Below, in pieces: positions 27,151 through 38,300 of a stretch of 64,000 nucleotides of DNA. Every line of letters begins with the position of its first letter. Within the stretch, counting starts at the first letter, position 1. The stretch covers positions 248,001-312,000 of the forward strand of contig JAQGDQ010000040.1 of NCBI GenBank assembly GCA_030141605.1, written 5' to 3'. The position numbers were made by a program, and so were the translations under genes. The DNA comes from Tubiluchus corallicola (lineage: Eukaryota > Animalia > Priapulida). The notes beneath the pieces were generated by a model. The model was not told the origin of the DNA and made no database searches. It was given only the letters and a program-made list of their open reading frames with translations.

Positions 27151-28365
27151 GCTAATCTTTTATTATACAACGCTGGACGATGATTAGATTGCGACACATC
27201 ATTTGAGGAACCATTGTGACCCATTATGAGGCCCACTATAGAGCATTTTCAATAGCATCAGTGGCATTTACAGCGAGTTGAAGGCTGTTTTTAAGGTTCT
27301 GTCCACCTTCTGCAGCAGCACAATGACCTTTTTATAGGGTACTACATGCCATTAGGGTCTGCTGTTAGAAGCTGATTGTACACTAGATGCTGTATATCAA
27401 AACCAAATGCACAAAGCTTTATGAAAGCCATACCTGAAATTAGGAAACATGAATAAGAACAGCAGTGCCAACCTTCGGCAAGAGCATTCTCAGGTGCATA
27501 TCCTAAATTTATGATGCAGCTGAATTTTTCAACTCATGGAACAGATATCCAGGACAAATGGCAGTGGTGCAACAGAGCCAGCCAACTCAAACCATCAGCA
27601 CTTATGAAACAAAACAATCTGCCAAGCCCCCTGGAAGATCTTACCACAATATCATGGTAGTGATCATATTTTATTATACGACGTCGTACGATGATTAGAC
27701 TATCACACATCATTTAGTCAAGTCGTGTTATGTAGATTGGTAGACATACTAATCTTCGTTGGGGTTTCTGATGTCAGCCATCTGCTATTTATTAAGGTAA
27801 TTAATTGGCAAGACTGCAGAAGTTTTCTAAATTAAGTTCTAATTGAATCATTCATCATCATATCATGGTAGTGACCATTTATCGTTACACCACGTCGTGC
27901 CATGATTAGATTGTTATGCACCACTTAGTGAAATTGTATCAATTGCATGATTAGATTGTATTGCATAGTTGGTTTTAATTAAATTATTTGCCATTTGAAG
28001 GGTACAGCACAGGTTATTTTCTTGAATTACCTATGAACAGGGGAGTTGAGGTGCCCCTTCCCTCTGTAACCTCAGAATAACGGCCATTTCATGCCTTCTT
28101 TTTCTTGGATGAAGATACTTTTGTGATAGTAGATTTTGGTGGACTGAACTAGTGTTTCCTTGAAGATCTGAACTGGGACAATGGGACATCACATTTATGC
28201 AGTAGGAAGCAGCCTTGCAGTGGCACTTAGGGCAAGCTGGAACACGTTCTTCTGATTTTGGTGCCATCCTGCAGCAGTCACAAAGTACGTTCTGACTACA
28301 GTATTGGTGAGTACTGTTTTTTATTAAGTGACATCAAACAGTTTGCTAGGGTCATTAATTAGTGA

Positions 28366-29907
28366 CTAGCCAAACCCCACAAAAAGAATTTTGTGCACAA
28401 ATCAACACACAACCCACACCACACCACTCCACCTCATCACACCACACTGCACCACACCATACCACTCCACCTCATCGCACCACACAATACCACCACACCG
28501 CACCACACCATACCACCTACACACCACACCACTCACACCATACCACTCCACCACATCACACCACACTGCACCACACCATACCACTGCACCACCCACCCGC
28601 CTACACACCACACCATACCACTCCACCACATCACACCACATCGCACCACACCATACCACTGCAGCACACCGCACCACCCACACACCACACCACCCACACC
28701 ATACCACTCCACCACATCACACCACACCGCACCACACCATACCACTGCAGCACACCGCACCACCCACACACCACACCACCCACACCATACGACTCCACCA
28801 CATCACACCACACTGCACCACAACACCCACCCACACACCACGCCACCCACTCCATACCACACTACCCACCCCACACACCCTATCACCCCACCACACCATC
28901 CATAGCACAACACACAAAGCACACCACCACCACACCACATCAAATCCACCACCTCACGTGGTGATCATGATGATGATGGTGGCAACGATGACGACACCTA
29001 TAGCACAAGCACCAACAGCACAGCATTACAACAACACCATTCCAAACATTTTTCACAAAGTTGAAACTATGTGCTATAATATAATAAATAGCAAAGGCCC
29101 CGCAAAAGATTTTGCGTAAAAAACCACGTGTAATCAATAATACGCGAACATCCTACCTAGTCCTCATTTATAACGCAAAGCCCGTAACATCGTGCCTACT
29201 GTTTGTTTAACTAACGCAAAGCCTGTAGCTTTTTGCTGAATTAAAGCTATAAGATTATAGACAGAATACAATGGATGACGTCACAACAATGTTTTTGCGT
29301 CAGCAGTTTTCTAAGCGAAAATTGCCGAAAATGGAACTCCTAATTAACTCGTCGGTACTTCTCTCGATGGACCTGCCCTAACATATAGCCTACATCATCG
29401 TGTAGCCCTGTCCTTCCTCTTTCTAAAGAGCCGTATATCTCCTTCCGAGAGTCCCACCAGGCGCCGCTAGAACGTTTTTTCCGCAGGCTGTTTGGTCAAA
29501 ATTTCGAAAAAATCGCGAGTTGGGTCCGGGAAAACGCCCGTTGCGGGACACCGTGGCCCTCTCGCGAATTCAAAATAGGCCTATGACACCCACCGCTGAA
29601 CGGGCTATCTATCCATACCCAGCACCACCCTCGGCCCATTCCAGTTCTCCACATCTCAGCCGTATAACTTTTGCAAAAAACGGCCGAAAAATGGCCATTT
29701 TTGGAGGTTTTTCGCCCCCCGTTTCTCCCGGTGGGCCCGATTCGAAAAATAAACCCCCAATGAGACGACACTAGATCGAGACCTTTCGTTTGATATATAG
29801 ATCGCCGCAAATGGTGCCCTCGTCTGGGCTGTAGCCTCGAATCTTATATATAAATAAATATATAAATAAATATATATATATACCAAGAATATTAATATAA
29901 TAGTAGA
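28366..29907 (-). mobile_element. Non-autonomous Helitron (~1.54 kb)
   Basis: The minus strand begins A|TCTACTATTATATTAATATTCTT, followed by a TATT/TA microsatellite. It ends with hairpin CACAAAA-n4-TTTTGTG, then CTAG|T. The insertion sits between A and T with no TSD, matching canonical Helitron termini. Confidence 0.75.
28404..28955. repeat. CAC/ACACC-rich low-complexity minisatellite inside the Helitron
   Basis: Recurrent units such as ccataccactccaccacatcacaccacactgcaccaca; it generates spurious H/T/P-rich and V/W/C/G-rich ORFs. Confidence 0.95.
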
Positions 29908-30639
29908 TATCTCTAATATATTTAGTCTTAATTAAGGGGTATATGTCATGTCATGTGTACAGTACAGGTTTTTCTTCTTGAATTACCTGTGAACAGGAGA
30001 ACTAAGGTGTCCCTTCTCCCTGTAGCCACAGAAGAATGGCTCTTCCGTGCTTTACTGTTTCTGGGTGACGAACTAGATTTTGGTAGACTGAACTAGTGGT
30101 CTTGCAGACCACCTCTACACGGGGTCAATGGGACAGCATATCTACACAGTACAAAGAAGGCCTTCAGTAGCATTTACAATGAGCTGGAACATATTCCTCA
30201 GACTCTGGTGACCCGTTGAACAGCCCAAAGGCACATTATAACCTTTGGTGAGTGCAATTTTTTGATTAAGTTATATCAAGTTGTTCTCATATCTGAGAAC
30301 CATTACGACGCCCACTATAGAGCTTTTACAATGGCATTTAATGGTATTTAGAATGGAACCTGTTCTTAAGATTCTGCCCACAATTTGGTGTTGTGTTCTA
30401 GACGCCGTTAATTGGATCCAGAGTCAGCTGTTAGTCTGGCAAAAGAGCTGCGGCTGACTGTGCACTAGATGCTGCACTTTAATATCAAATGCACAAGCTT
30501 TTGTGAAAATCATACCTGAAATTAGGCAACATGGACAGCAAACATATTGATGACTTTACACAAGAACACTCTCAGTGTCAAACATACCTATTTTATGATG
30601 CAACTTAATTTTTCAAAACCCGCAGAAAAGATAGCAGTG

Positions 30640-30910
30640 ATGCACGCTTTGGCTAAAGAGGATCCTGGGTGGTATACCACACGTCTGGTGTGCTTCAACA
30701 GTGTGACAGGTGTGCTACCTTCACCAACAAAGTGTTCGAGCACAGGCATGAGTTGACTAAGCTTTTCAGTTTTAGTAGTGTTACTTAGAGATAAAAATGC
30801 TTCTGTTAGCGCCTCATACACTTGCTATGTGGGCCATCATTTTTCCTCTCTGTAAATGCTGATGTCTGGTCGCTGACAAAGCTAATCCTTTTTAGGGACC
30901 GTGGCATTTT
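30640..30910 (-). mobile_element. Relic of an Academ-like DNA transposon protein (XPG/PIN-like C-terminal region)
   Basis: FVSDQTSAFTERK / YEALTEAFLSLS...QLMPVLEHFV / TPVTLLKHTRRVVYHPG resembles the recalled consensus FTGCDxxSAFxGRGK...PEVTEAFxxLS...LERFV...PTxxALxQHxxRAVYQAG; frameshifted and deleted. Confidence 0.55.
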
Positions 30911-33340
30911 CTATTTCTTATGGTCATATTAGATGACCGACCTTTGAAGCCTGGCTTTGAATATTAACGTCGTCCTGTTTGTCTTAGACCACGCAATATA
31001 ATACTATTTAGCTAATATGTTAACCAAGCAGCTGCAGCCGTCTTGAAATCCTGAAATGATGTCATAGGTCACTACGATGGTAGTGACCATTTAATCCAAC
31101 CAAGGCATATTATCGTTACGCCATGTCGTGATATATGATTAGATTGTTACACATTTTTTAAATGTGCTATGGCCTATGGGGAATACTAGTCACACTAATT
31201 TTAACGAATATTGCCTCATCTAACTCCAGGTTCATACAGCTTCATTTCAACTATAAGTTACGTTATGTTATTCGTCTTTTAATATCTAATACTTTTGTTA
31301 TACCAAACCTACCCGTGCGAACAACATGCATTCCCGCACGGAGCAGCAGCAGCAATTACATTCCTAACAATGCAATTACAATATTAATGCCATTAAACAG
31401 AGTGTTAAGCTAGGCACAAATTTATTCATTCGGAACGGCAGTAGAGTGACAGAACTTAACATTCAATAACATAACAACTTCTACACATTCAAATCTAAAC
31501 CGTAAAGGAAATTTATAATTATAATTATAACAAGAGTTTATGTTACGTATATCACCACATCTCTGACATGTTAAAGCTCTAATGTCACTGTTTGAGAAAA
31601 GCATAATTTGTAACTAATATGACAATCATCTTTTAACTAATAAATTTAATTAAAGCATAAGTCTCATTCAGTCAATAGCTCTATCTGGGCAAATATGGCT
31701 GACATTTTAATTTGAATTTCTTTTGCCCTGGCCAAAGGTTGTTTACGCAAAAGTCAGTTAATAATTCGAGCCATCAAAAATACATCTAGTAAAGTTGTAG
31801 AAACCTTTTAATAAGGAAACTTTTTTAGCTGGCTTATATAGTTATAATATTCTTTATATTATTAAAGCCAAATCATGTACTACTCATATGACCACAATCA
31901 ACGGTTGTCACATCAAACTATGTATAAGATATTACGTCATAAGAAGTATGTAAGATGTAACTGTAAGATCCCCCAACAAATAGGTTAATATTAAGAAAAT
32001 TTAGCAAGATTTAGAAGAAAAAAAGATGTAGGTCTATCAAATATTTTTATTTACCAAACTCCGTTAAATAGATAGAATCACAGTGTTGTAGCTATACTTA
32101 GCTGCCTAATAAATATGCTGCCATTTTAAGTAAAATAATTATTGTGCTAACATTGAGATTCATGTTGAGATTCAGCCTATCCCACGCAGAAAGCATAGTT
32201 AGTTCTTCAACATTACAGTTTTATAAGCTGACATGTCAATGGCAGCAGGTTTTAATTAGAGGTACCTTATTGCTCAACAAACCTTCTTTAATACTAAAAA
32301 GTGATAAAATTCATAATGTTTGTTATTGGCAAATTAAATGTCACTTTAAATGTATGACACAAGTTTTATAAGCTACAGTAAATCCTAATATAACAATGAT
32401 AATACTAAGTAGTGCATTACGAAATTAACACAATGTATGACAATTGAGCAAATGACTAGAAATATTTATAATACGGAACAACTATAATTATGAGAAACAA
32501 CATGCTAAATACCAGTTTACGTATCACGTGTATGATATAACTAAGTAAATGTTTTTATAAAACGACTGTGATGAAGTACATATTAGCTTACAAAACAGAT
32601 TACAAAAAACAGTACAATACAAACAAAGTATGTAACATTATGTATCTGAAGATTTGAAACAGTTGAACACTTTGTTTTAGACAGTATACAATTTGGGATA
32701 GTAAACTTGCATATAAACTTGTGATGTAAAGAACTGCTACGTGCTGTTATACAGAAAATCACATACCTACCTTAAAAATACATGTAATGAAATTTGTAAC
32801 ATATCAATATGAAAGTGTTAGTGTACAAACATTACACTTTATGCATCATTTCTGCAAAACATAATATAATCAAACAACAACTAAATTAAACTACAAATAA
32901 TACAATGCACACAGCTACAAACAAGCATTTAGTCAAACACACCCGCTTCGATGGCTACTTTAATCCATACCGTTATTAGAATGAATAATATTTACTTAAA
33001 AAAGTACAATTTGATTTTGAATAAACATAACTCTAAAATGGCACTAAAATACACAATTCTCTACCACAAAACTATGCAGACAATCAACTTGCAGCACAGC
33101 TAAAACACAGAAATGATCTACAACTCTTACTGGGCAGTGTGTTATATAGGAAGCACCACGTCCTGATGACCATCACAGTAAATACTCTATAGTCTAATTT
33201 TAAAATACTGTTACTCAAGTACATACAGAATACACACAATACTACAATACTAGAATATAGATTTCTTTTGTTTATAACATAAACAACGTGTTAAAATTTT
33301 GTAACGTAGAAGTCATGAGCAATTTTTCCCCATAATGAAA

Positions 33341-33481
33341 AGGCACTAAGATTATGCACTCACAAAATCATGCAAGTAAAATGGCATTTTGAAAATGAGT
33401 TGAGGCTAAAAAGCACTAAGATGATGCACTCACAAAATCATGCAAGTAAAATGGCATTTTGAAAATGAGTTAAGGCTAAAA
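33341..33481. repeat. ~70-bp tandem duplication (2 copies)
   Basis: gcactaagat(t/g)atgcactcacaaaatcatgcaagtaaaatggcattttgaaaatgagtt(g/a)aggctaaaa twice, near-identical. Confidence 0.95.
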
Positions 33482-34011
33482 TGTTATCAAACAAGATTGT
33501 GCAAACTAAACGATGATTATAACAATATCCAAAACGAGGTATGGCTCTGATGCATTTTCTGTTGAGTGATTTTAATAGTTCAACATTTTCTAATATGAAA
33601 ATGACAACAATATGAGAAGATTACATGTGCAGAAAACACCAAATGTGGGTAATGAAAATACCTACGTAGTTTTCTGGCGGGTGTAGTGTACATTATTGAT
33701 TAGTCAACAAAAAAAGATTTCTGTATGTGAGCACCATTTGAAAAAGCTGACGTCTTGACATCTGCCAAAAAAGCAAAAGTGCCAGATATTGTAAAGCAGT
33801 TATATATACTAAGTTTACATAAAGTTACCAATTCTTGCTCACTAATGTTAAGTCTCAAAATCTGTGATGAGAGTGCACACAATTCTGTTTTACTTCAATA
33901 ACTTAAAAGGCCGAAAATTATTTTCCTAGTTCCTGGCTACACCAGTGGACATTAGAAGCTATGTCAAACTAAAGTCCTTATCTAATTTTTCTGCAGGTAG
34001 AATTGCAAACA

Positions 34012-34815
34012 CAGTCAAACCTCGTTACACCACCCCGTTATACCCCAAACTCATTGACTACCTGCAAAATGGTCAGGAACAAAGCGACTGTATTCAAATA
34101 TATGTAAAAATAATCTGTTACACTGCCACCTGTAACCTGCCATCCGCCAAGCAAATTAATATACATGTTCAACGAGAAAATACTGGCTGCCACGCCAGCC
34201 AGCCGGCAACCTTCATATTATGCCAGGTGAGTGGCCCACCTGTACGAAGCTGCAATATGCTCTGTTGAATCCAGACGTCAGGTGTCATGTAATATAATAC
34301 ATGTAGTCATGCTTTGATTGTTTGCAAGCTGTTGTACAATCACAATTGTAAAGGACTGATAGCTCTGATATTATTGTCAATGCACCACACAGTCAAAATA
34401 GACACTGAGAAAACACGTTTCTTTTTTTGCCACGAAAAACGTGATGTTTGTTTTCCAAGAAATTTGCAGTTATGACTTAACATATACATGTATATGATTA
34501 GTGGAACTGCTGGAGCAGCGGGCCTACAGTCAATTACATATAATAGTTGAATACAGAATACCTTTACTATGTAAACAAAATGTTCTTGATAAAGATCATT
34601 GATTTTGAGTGAGTCAATTCACAAATGATTAATTTAACAATTTTCTTTTAATTCATTAACCTTTAGAGTGATAATTGTTGACTCTAAATAGTGTACACTT
34701 GTCTGACTGTTTTGTGATTCATCCATGGCAAAATAACCTCGTGATAATGCCCAATTTATCATAATGTCAACTTTTTTTCCCATTCCAAAGTGGGTGGTAT
34801 AAAGAGGTTTGACTG
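34012..34815. mobile_element. pogo/Tc1-like MITE (~800 bp)
   Basis: TIRs CAGTCAAACCTCGTTACACCACCC (left) and the reverse complement CAGTCAAACCTCTTTATACCACCC (right), 22/24 match. The right flank is TA; the left flank is CA (mutated TSD). Confidence 0.8.
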
Positions 34816-34917
34816 TATTCATCATTTTCAAACCGACAAGGTTTCACCTATCTACTCACGAACGAGCTACTACATTAATGCTAGCAAAATTAACCTATCT
34901 GTAAAATGCAAATCCAT

Positions 34918-35312
34918 CTAGACTTTATTTTCTGCACTTTCATCTGGCTTAGATTTGTCATCAGCTTCGTCAGCAGCATCACCAGCACCTTTCAATGGGC
35001 TCGTCACATCTCCTTCCTCGGCTGCTTTTTTAGCCTCTTGTTCTTTCAACCACTTGGGCTTAAATTCATTAACGATATCATCAATAGGCCGTCGTCTTGT
35101 CTCTGGCAGGTATAAATAGATGTAGATAAACAAAAATATCGAGCAGACAGCATAGATCAAGAAGACATATGAGTGGATGACCTCTTTGAGATCCAGGAAA
35201 GTGAGACCCACAATAAAGTTGGCCGTGAAGTTGACCATAAATGACAGTGAGACTGCTTTCGGACGGGCATTCTCCTGGAACAACTCTGGTGTGATCATGA
35301 AACAGATTGTAG
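34918..35312 (-). CDS. GLUT paralog B last exon
   Basis: [11 protein letters not shown]...NFTANFIVG...YLPETRRR...stop. Confidence 0.93.
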
Positions 35313-38300
35313 CTGGAAGAAAAACAGTGTATTAGCAAAAGCAAACTTGTGATATATTACAGGGAATAGAATATGTGGAGTGCAGTAGTTAAAAAGAATG
35401 TAGTGCATCAAGCGATTTATGATTAGAAACAAGTATTCCATTTTGTAAAACACTCAAGTGCTTTGTGTCACCTAGGGTTGAAACTATAATATGCAACAAG
35501 CCAATACATACTTCACTTGTAGCAAAATTCTAGTGAAAAGTATTTCAGTGTAGTCAATAACAAAAAGAAACTTATATTTATTTTATATACATGTAACAAA
35601 AAAACCAACACCTACCTGGTCCAAATGTGTTGAAGGCTATATAGACAATCGTGAACACGATTGTCAGGGTCCTCATGTAATCATAGTCAGGATTATCCTG
35701 GCAACAGTACAGAATATTTTAGCATGTTAATGTATATTAAAATCATTATTACATACTATGCTTGCAAAGGAAGCCTCAACTTATCATTGAAGTGATTTGT
35801 CTGCAAGTGAATGCTACAGTTCATATGATCTGAGACCCAGTTTATGAAAATGATTCTTCTAACAGTTGACTTTTTCAGTATAACTATGAACACAAAAAGT
35901 CAACACAAAAGACACATGTTGTGTTCAATAAATTATTCCAAGGATGTTGTACAAAAAACTGGCGAATTCTTAAATAACTAATTCATCTTATAAGAGCACC
36001 AATTCCTTAACTAACTAGCTTTTGATACAGTCATTTCATTTTCATGCATGAACTTATAAACTGAAACAATAGTCTGAGCAACTCAACTAAATTTTGAACA
36101 CGTAACACCTGATAATGTTAGACCTTAAACACCTATATGGCAAATGGTAACCATTTTTTAGCTAAACTGATGATAACATGTGATGAAAAATTGTGAAAAA
36201 ACATAGAAATTGTAATTGTTGTTTCAGACAAAGTCAAAGAAAAAAGAAGAAACTTTCATACTTGGAAATTCTGATGCATGGTCACTGTCAAGAGTATGAG
36301 CATAAGTGCCTGACCAGCAATTCCGACAAGCTCAGGTAGACGACGGCCAACTTTTTCAATGGTGAACATGCTGCAGAGATTCATAATGACCTTTACACCA
36401 CCGATGCCCAGACTAGCTTTGGCAGACTCGCCATAGTCAGTTCCACCAGAGCTAAAAATATGGGTAGAAAAGTACAGCACCTGTAAATAAAAACAGAGTA
36501 CATTATTAAAATGTAAGACAAACTGCAAAAGCAGCTATAAAATAGGTTTATATTGAAGGAAGTTTATTTTAAATATGAAAGTAAAAGAAAGAGCACAACT
36601 CAGTATACAAGTTGGAGTACCTAAGTTTTGGATTTACCTGCAAAAATGACAAGTAAATATGATATACCTATTAGGACAGAATTAAACACTTAAGCTTATA
36701 TACTATAACCACAATCTTGACAAAATTATAAGTGCACTTCTTTCAGAATCTTTTGCTGGTGACACAAACTGAATTCATGTGTTATTCAACATAAAAGTAG
36801 TATATTTACTTTACTGCCAAGACAAAAGCATTTAAGGCTACCTTAAAGTCAAACTAAACCCGCACTATAATAAAACCTTTTACAACTTAAAATCCTACTG
36901 TCATTATGAATATTCAATTTATTTTATTACAAAGTTACTGTAAAACTTGTTTCTTTTGATTTTTTATCATTTCATTGTTAGCGGTATTAAATTTGAAGAA
37001 CCGCAATTTTTTGTTACGCGAGATGAATGGTGTTATGAGTACAGTCACAAGGTCACCAAAGATCGGTAAACAAACATCGGTAACCACAGACACTTACTGT
37101 ACATCATACGTCATTCTTGCTCACTCGCACCAAAAACATGGTAATCTTTACGGTAATGCATGCATTTGGAATTCCCCAGAAAAAGGTAAGTTACTTAATT
37201 TATAATCTCTTTTTTTAATAATAACTATGAGTTCTTTGTGTAACCATAATAATGAGTTAAGAAAACTTCAATGTCTGTTGGCGTTAAATACAGGCCTTTA
37301 AATGTAATGCAATCAGCAAACATAATGAATGGAGGCATTGCACACCAGTTAGACGACATTTCAGCAGACGTTATTAGAGACACAGACATAGACACAAACA
37401 TGTTTACTGAATCATCGATCTCTTCTAATACACATTTACAAAGCTAAGTAGGTATCAGTTTTGTTTAGCAACAAATAAGCATGCAGTGAATCTATCAATC
37501 CTGCTTATCAGATTGCTCCCAAACTCACAGGAATAACACCTCCAAGTTGAAGAGACAGATGCACAGCTAGGCTGACCCACAGCGCATTACGCAATGTTGG
37601 ATCTTTGATGATTTCCCACATTGATAGCTAAAAATACAAAATGATGGTGACAAAAGCTTGTACAAAATACAAAATATTGCAATTTCTAAGCAATTATTGT
37701 AAATTATTTCATTAGAAGACAGTCCTAATGCACTTACATGTCTAACATGTTTCTGTGCCTCAGCTTCACGTCTGAGTTCCACCAGTTCAAATTTCAGATT
37801 TTCCTCTGTCGTATTTCTATAGAACTTCAGTGCTGAAATATAACAGTTTTTGAAATTAATATTACTATTAGAAGCCAATGTTAAAAAAACTTAGCAAAAT
37901 CAGCTTTTGGCCATTCCAGCAATTAGTTGACAGTTATTGACATAAGACTATGAGCCAATATAGAAGCAAACATGCATGCAGTAATTTTAGTGATAAATGT
38001 AACATCCAGGGGCATAGCCAAATTCTAAAGTTAAGGGGAGCAAGAAAATAAAAAATGTGTCATGACACATATGAAACAACTTTTAACATATTAGTTACAC
38101 ATTTTAATTTTGTGTTCAAAATCAACACACGAGAAAAATATAGCTGTTAGTTTGTATTTAAAATTAAAGCACAATAAAAAGTTTTACAGTAGGCTCATCA
38201 ACCTCAAAACAGCGAAAACGTGTGTGTTATTTAATTATTTTAATTTTAAACATAAAATTGAAACAAAATGAAGCACTGTAAAAATGTATCACGAAGGAAC

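Larger units (their letters stand above)
27218..30660. repeat. Diverged direct duplications: block A (~27218-27590 vs ~30298-30660) and block B (~28002-28338 vs ~29957-30280)
   Basis: Shared strings include gcccactatagagc, cactagatgctg, catacctgaaattagg and tttatgatgca (A); cttgaattacct, tagattttggt, gactgaactagtg, caatgggaca, agctggaaca and ttggtgagt (B). Confidence 0.85.

Noticed and set aside
28362-29137. His/Thr/Pro-rich ORFs (200-242 aa) and antisense Val/Trp/Cys/Gly ORFs
   Set aside because: Open in nearly all frames because the CAC-rich repeat lacks stops; it lies inside a Helitron-like element
29496-29886. GC-rich ORFs / CpG-island promoter
   Set aside because: Internal sequence of the Helitron; no protein motif
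27160-31160. Recurring ~70-bp motif as a CRISPR-type repeat-spacer array
   Set aside because: Copies are highly diverged and irregularly spaced (0.2-3.2 kb apart)
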